DNA of 64,000 bases, from contig NIVC01003729.1 of assembly GCA_002269645.1 (NCBI GenBank), positions 16,216 through 80,215 on the forward strand. Reading direction: 5' to 3'. The position numbers and the translations under genes are program-made. The stretch is from Macrostomum lignano (lineage: Eukaryota). Positions 60,123-64,000 of the stretch are shown here, one piece after another. Every line of letters starts with the position of its first letter. Positions within the stretch are counted from its first letter, which is position 1. The notes below the pieces were generated by a model. It searched no databases. It saw only the letters and a list, made by a program, of their open reading frames with translations, and had not been told where the DNA came from.

Positions 60123-60434
60123 ATGCCGACAGTTTCGGAGCCGAACCAACAACAACTGCAGCAGCAACAAGGAGGCAGCAATATGGAGCATCCCAGCCTG
60201 CCAGCCAGCGAGACACACTGCGCTTTCAATCCCATCGGCTGTCCGTTTGTCACCGGCGACCGGCAGCAGATGAGTCGGCACTACGCCGACGAGAGCGAAA
60301 GCCATGCCCAGTACACTGTCTGTCTCATCGCCGAACTCAAGCAGGAGAACAGTCGACTGAGCGACCGGGTCAAGACACTGTCGGAGAAAGTGGACGGACA
60401 CGAGCAGCGAATTCAGCGGCTGGAAGCAATTTAG
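60123..60434 (+). CDS. TRAF-type zinc-finger half plus coiled coil (exon or fragment)
   Basis: CAFNPIGCPFVTGDRQQMSRHYADESESH is followed by a heptad run (LKQENSRLSDRVKTLSEKVDGHEQRIQRLE), as in the last TRAF finger and coiled coil. No RING or MATH domain is seen. Confidence 0.5.
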   Translation: MPTVSEPNQQQLQQQQGGSNMEHPSLPASETHCAFNPIGCPFVTGDRQQMSRHYADESESHAQYTVCLIAELKQENSRLSDRVKTLSEKVDGHEQRIQRLEAI

Positions 60435-61419
60435 CAATGCTCTATATGCCTTGGCTTAACAATAGCGGCATGAACAGTCATCCATAAGTATTGAATCGCT
60501 TAACTTATCTGCAGAGCAGCTAATTCTGCTGTCTGACTGTCGAGTCTCCAGCTACGACCCTGGTTCGCTTCCGTACGCGGCTATTTGGGACTTGTGTGCA
60601 CAAAAAATTGCCCAGGGGGTCGTCATGCGATTCACACGATCGGGCCAGTACATTAGAAAGTCAATTAGAAAGACGATTAGAAAGTTAAAGGGCTATTGTA
60701 CACCCTGCGTGTGAGCGCGTGTGTATGATTGCGTGCCTGTGTACAATTTTCGCGCGCTTGTATGTGCCCAGGAGTCGGCCGAATGGGCCGAATTGCCGCC
60801 AGCGCTGGTTGTGAGACGATGTCGCCGAAAGCGGATTGCCCAGAGTTGTCAAACTTCGGCTATACATGTACACCAGGGCCAAGAAATCCATTGCTCGCAA
60901 ATGCATGTTGAAATGAAATTTGGCCTTCTAATAATTAGGTAACTCCCATGTTTTAAGTTTTACATGTATACTTTTATTTGCCCCTATTACAAGGAGGTCA
61001 CCCTAATTGTCTCGAGTGCCTGGCCTCTGGTACTCAGCGAATGAAGCTTTGAGCGCGTTTTTCTGTAAGCTTAGCACAGAACCTGAAATTATATATAAAT
61101 GCATAGTATGCATGTGTGACTGTATGATCAAATAACTTTATTAATCATCATTATCTGTTGCGAATTCAATCGTCTTTCTTTCATATTTGGCTTATATGAA
61201 AAAAATAAATATATAAATTATTGTATTGCTTCGAACAATATCAATGCTCAAGCTAATTTTGACGAGATTAATAGATGGATTGTAGATCTGAGAGCCTTGA
61301 CTATGCAAATTACCACTTAGAAATTTACGGGGGGACACCATAGCAAATATCCCCATTCACTTTTCCTTTGTTGTCCTGTTATGCATGGGAATCAATAATT
61401 TTGCTTCAGGGTGACAAAA

Positions 61420-61780
61420 CATGAGTGCCTGCGGCGCTAAAATGAGTGCCTGCAGCGCTAAAATGAGTGTCTGCGGCGCTAAAATGAGTGCCTGCGGCGC
61501 TAAAATGAGTGCCTGTGGCGCTAAAATGAGTGCCTGTGGCGCTAAAATGAGTGCCTGCAGCGCTAAAATGAGTGCCTGCGGCGCTAAAATGAGTGCCTGC
61601 AGCGCTAAAATGAGTGTCTGCGGCGCTAAAATGAGTGTCTGCGGCGCTAAAATGAGTGCCTGAAGCGCTAAAATGAGTGTCTGCGGCGCTAAAATGGTGC
61701 CTGCAGCGCTAAAATGAGTGTCTGCGGCGCTAAAATGAGTGCCTGCGGCGCTAAAATGAGTGTCTGCGGCGCTAAAATGA
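61420..61780. repeat. 21-bp minisatellite (CTGCGGCGCTAAAATGAGTGC)
   Basis: Tandem period 21; explains the 7-aa-repeat ORFs. Confidence 0.96.
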
Positions 61781-62467
61781 TCGCTGACAACACCGATTCG
61801 GAAAAGAATGTACATGTAGGAATTTAGTCATGTACATGCACATGTACAATTCTTGGCCTTGTCCCCTCCACCATAAAATCCATGGCGAGGCCCCTGGATG
61901 CTATATAAATAGTGAATTCTCGAAATTTTTAAACAGCTCGACAACTTCAACAGATTAAATTATCCTAAAAGCCATACGGATTACGGAAGTTTAATAGATG
62001 GATTCGTTAGATTGAGTAGCCTTATGCTTATAGAAATTAACTTAGAAATTGGCTACGGACAAGGAGAGTATCACCTATAGCAAATATCCCGCATTCACTA
62101 TTTCATTTATTGCCAGTTTGGGCTGAGGCTAATACTAAACATTTTATGATGCATTATCTGCATCAAAAGCATGCATTGACTGGACTCAATCCTGCGATGG
62201 TTATATTGCAGGACATTCTCCTCTCTTTCATTGCCTGAATTGCCATTTGTTTGAGCAATGAGCACGCACAATGAGTGAGCAGTTCTGTGTCTCAGTAAGT
62301 GTCTCAGTAAATTATTTTTGCATGATGGGGGAAAGAGAGAGCTGGTAACTCATGAAAATGGGATCCCACATCAACTGTGGGAATAAAATACGCCCTCTAG
62401 TTTGGCATTCTGGCGCTATATAGCTCTGCTCATTTCATAAATCAAATGGTATAGCTAGGGCTCAGAG

Positions 62468-62720
62468 ATGCCGTCAGACGCTAATGCCAAAGCGCCATCG
62501 TCCGTCTCTTTGGCAGCAGCCACCAGACGTCGACGCGATATCTACTTTCGACAGCTTGGCCAAACTAGAACTGCCGCGACTTCTCCGTCTACTACTGCCG
62601 TTGTGCAGCAGCAGCAGCAGCAGCAGCAGCAGCGGCGGCGGCTGGAGCGGAGGAGACAGCAGCGGCAACCTCAGCCGAGCGCAAGGTGCAGTACTCACAA
62701 ACTTGTTTGGATTCTTGCAG
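62468..62720 (+). other. GC-rich exon-like island with (CAG)9 at 62606-62632; frame unresolved
   Basis: Two open plus-strand frames, composition like the other exons in the window, and a possible donor GTAATT near 62720. Confidence 0.3.
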
Positions 62721-62799
62721 TAATTTAAGAGCGCTGCAGGTTTCAGGCTCGACTGTCGATGTTGATTGTAAACTTTTCTCTGAGGCTTCGGTGTGACAC

Positions 62800-63440
62800 T
62801 TGTTTTTTAGGCTGGTTTCCTGTGTACTTTTATTATTTTGTTTGAAGGTCATGGTATCTTTCAGGCTTGTTTTTGAGGCTCTCATGCAGTGTCTCCTGAC
62901 CGTGCTCTTGAGGCAATTTTGGTATCTTTCAGGCTTGTTTTTGAGGCTCTCAGTGCCTTTTGACAGTGCTCTTGAGGCTTTTGATATCTTTCAGGCTTGT
63001 TTTTGAGGCTCTCAGTGCCTATTGACCGTGCTCTTGAGGCTTCTGGTATCTTCAGGATTGTTTTTGAGGCTCTCAGTGTCTCTTGACCGAGCTCGTGAGG
63101 CTTTTAGTATCTTTCAGGCTTGTTTTGAGCCTCTCAGTGTCTTGACCGTGCTATTGAGGCTTTAGGTATATTTCAGCTTTGTTTTATGAGGCTCTCGACG
63201 CATCTTGACCGTGCTGTTGAAGTTTTTGGTATCTTTCGGGCTTGTTTTTGAGGCTCTCAGTGTTTCTTGACCGTGCTCTTGAGGCTTCTGGTATCTTTCG
63301 GGCTTGTTTTTGAGGCTCTCGGTGTTTCTTGACCGTGCTCTTGACGCTTCTGGTTTCTTTCAGGCTTGTTTTTGAGACTCTCATGCAATGCCTCTTGACC
63401 GTGCTCTGGAGGCTTTTGGTATCTTTCGGGCTTGTTGTGA
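62800..63440. repeat. Degenerate minisatellite of about 60-63 bp (TTGACCGTGCTCTTGAGGCTT...GAGGCTCTCAGTG)
   Basis: TGACCGTGCTCTTGAGG-like cores recur about every 60-63 bp. Confidence 0.9.
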
Positions 63441-63673
63441 GGCTCTTGGTGCCTCTTGGCTGCCTGAAGACTTTCAGCATCTCCTGGACTCGCTGTTGCG
63501 TATTCTCTGTGTGTTTATCGCTCCGTACATGCGTCTTATGCCAGTTATATCGCCCTACAAGTGAAGAGGGGCTCCTAGCTAACTTTAGAAAGATACTTCT
63601 GTATTAAAATCAAGTACTGACGACTTATTGAACGTCTTTTAACCCGTAATTTCTCATTCTCTTAGATTTACAG

Positions 63674-64000
63674 GTCAAATCTCTTTAGAACGGAAACAGC
63701 AGCAGCAGGGTCACAGCTCGCCTAGGCAATATCCTCTGCCATCTCTGCTGCTTCTGTTACCAGCAAAAGCGGATAACAGCAAGTCGGCTCCTGCAGGTCC
63801 CGGCGGTTTCTGGCGGCCTTCTCCAACCAGACATTCGACGCCAGGTGCTGCTGCTGCTGCTACCGCCGCGGCTGCCGCAATCAAGCATCAACAAGAGCCG
63901 CCACCGCCAATGCTGGCGTTGCCAAGGCTGCCTCCACCTCCGCCAATTTCTGGGTCTCAGCCGGTGACGTCACGAGCCAGCCGCATCTCAAGCAATTTGT
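63674..64000 (+). CDS. Internal exon of an unidentified Gln/Ala/Pro-rich protein, running off the window
   Basis: Acceptor ATTTACAG| at 63673. The frame GQISLERKQQQQ...AAAAATAAAAAIKHQQEPPPP... stays open to 64000. Confidence 0.5.

Noticed and set aside
61357-63607. Repeat-like ORFs (MSACGAK, ILAPQAL, VSFRLVFE)
   Set aside because: Translations of the 21-bp and 60-63-bp minisatellites.

Overview
Eukaryotic, repeat-rich invertebrate DNA. The dense minisatellites and GC-rich, CAG-rich exons in AT-rich introns suggest a Macrostomum-like flatworm, but that is inference only. Bases 1-28440 are one 25-bp satellite array with hairpin-forming monomers and higher-order variant blocks. Just beyond it lies a two-exon gene that the ORF track misses. 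It encodes a 61-aa secreted inhibitor-cystine-knot (conotoxin-like) peptide, and its intron is almost entirely a 24-bp minisatellite. The centre holds two head-to-head inverted copies of a very compact Trithorax (KMT2A/B-class) H3K4 methyltransferase gene: copy A on minus at about 35449-41595 and copy B on plus at 49112-54988. Their exon cores are nearly identical, while exon edges, introns, N-termini and flanks differ, which points to gene conversion between older paralogs. The rest contains a Tc1 element, an internally deleted Tc1, several MITE/foldback elements, a tRNA-derived SINE-like head, many minisatellites, a TRAF-like fragment and an unidentified exon that runs off the right edge.
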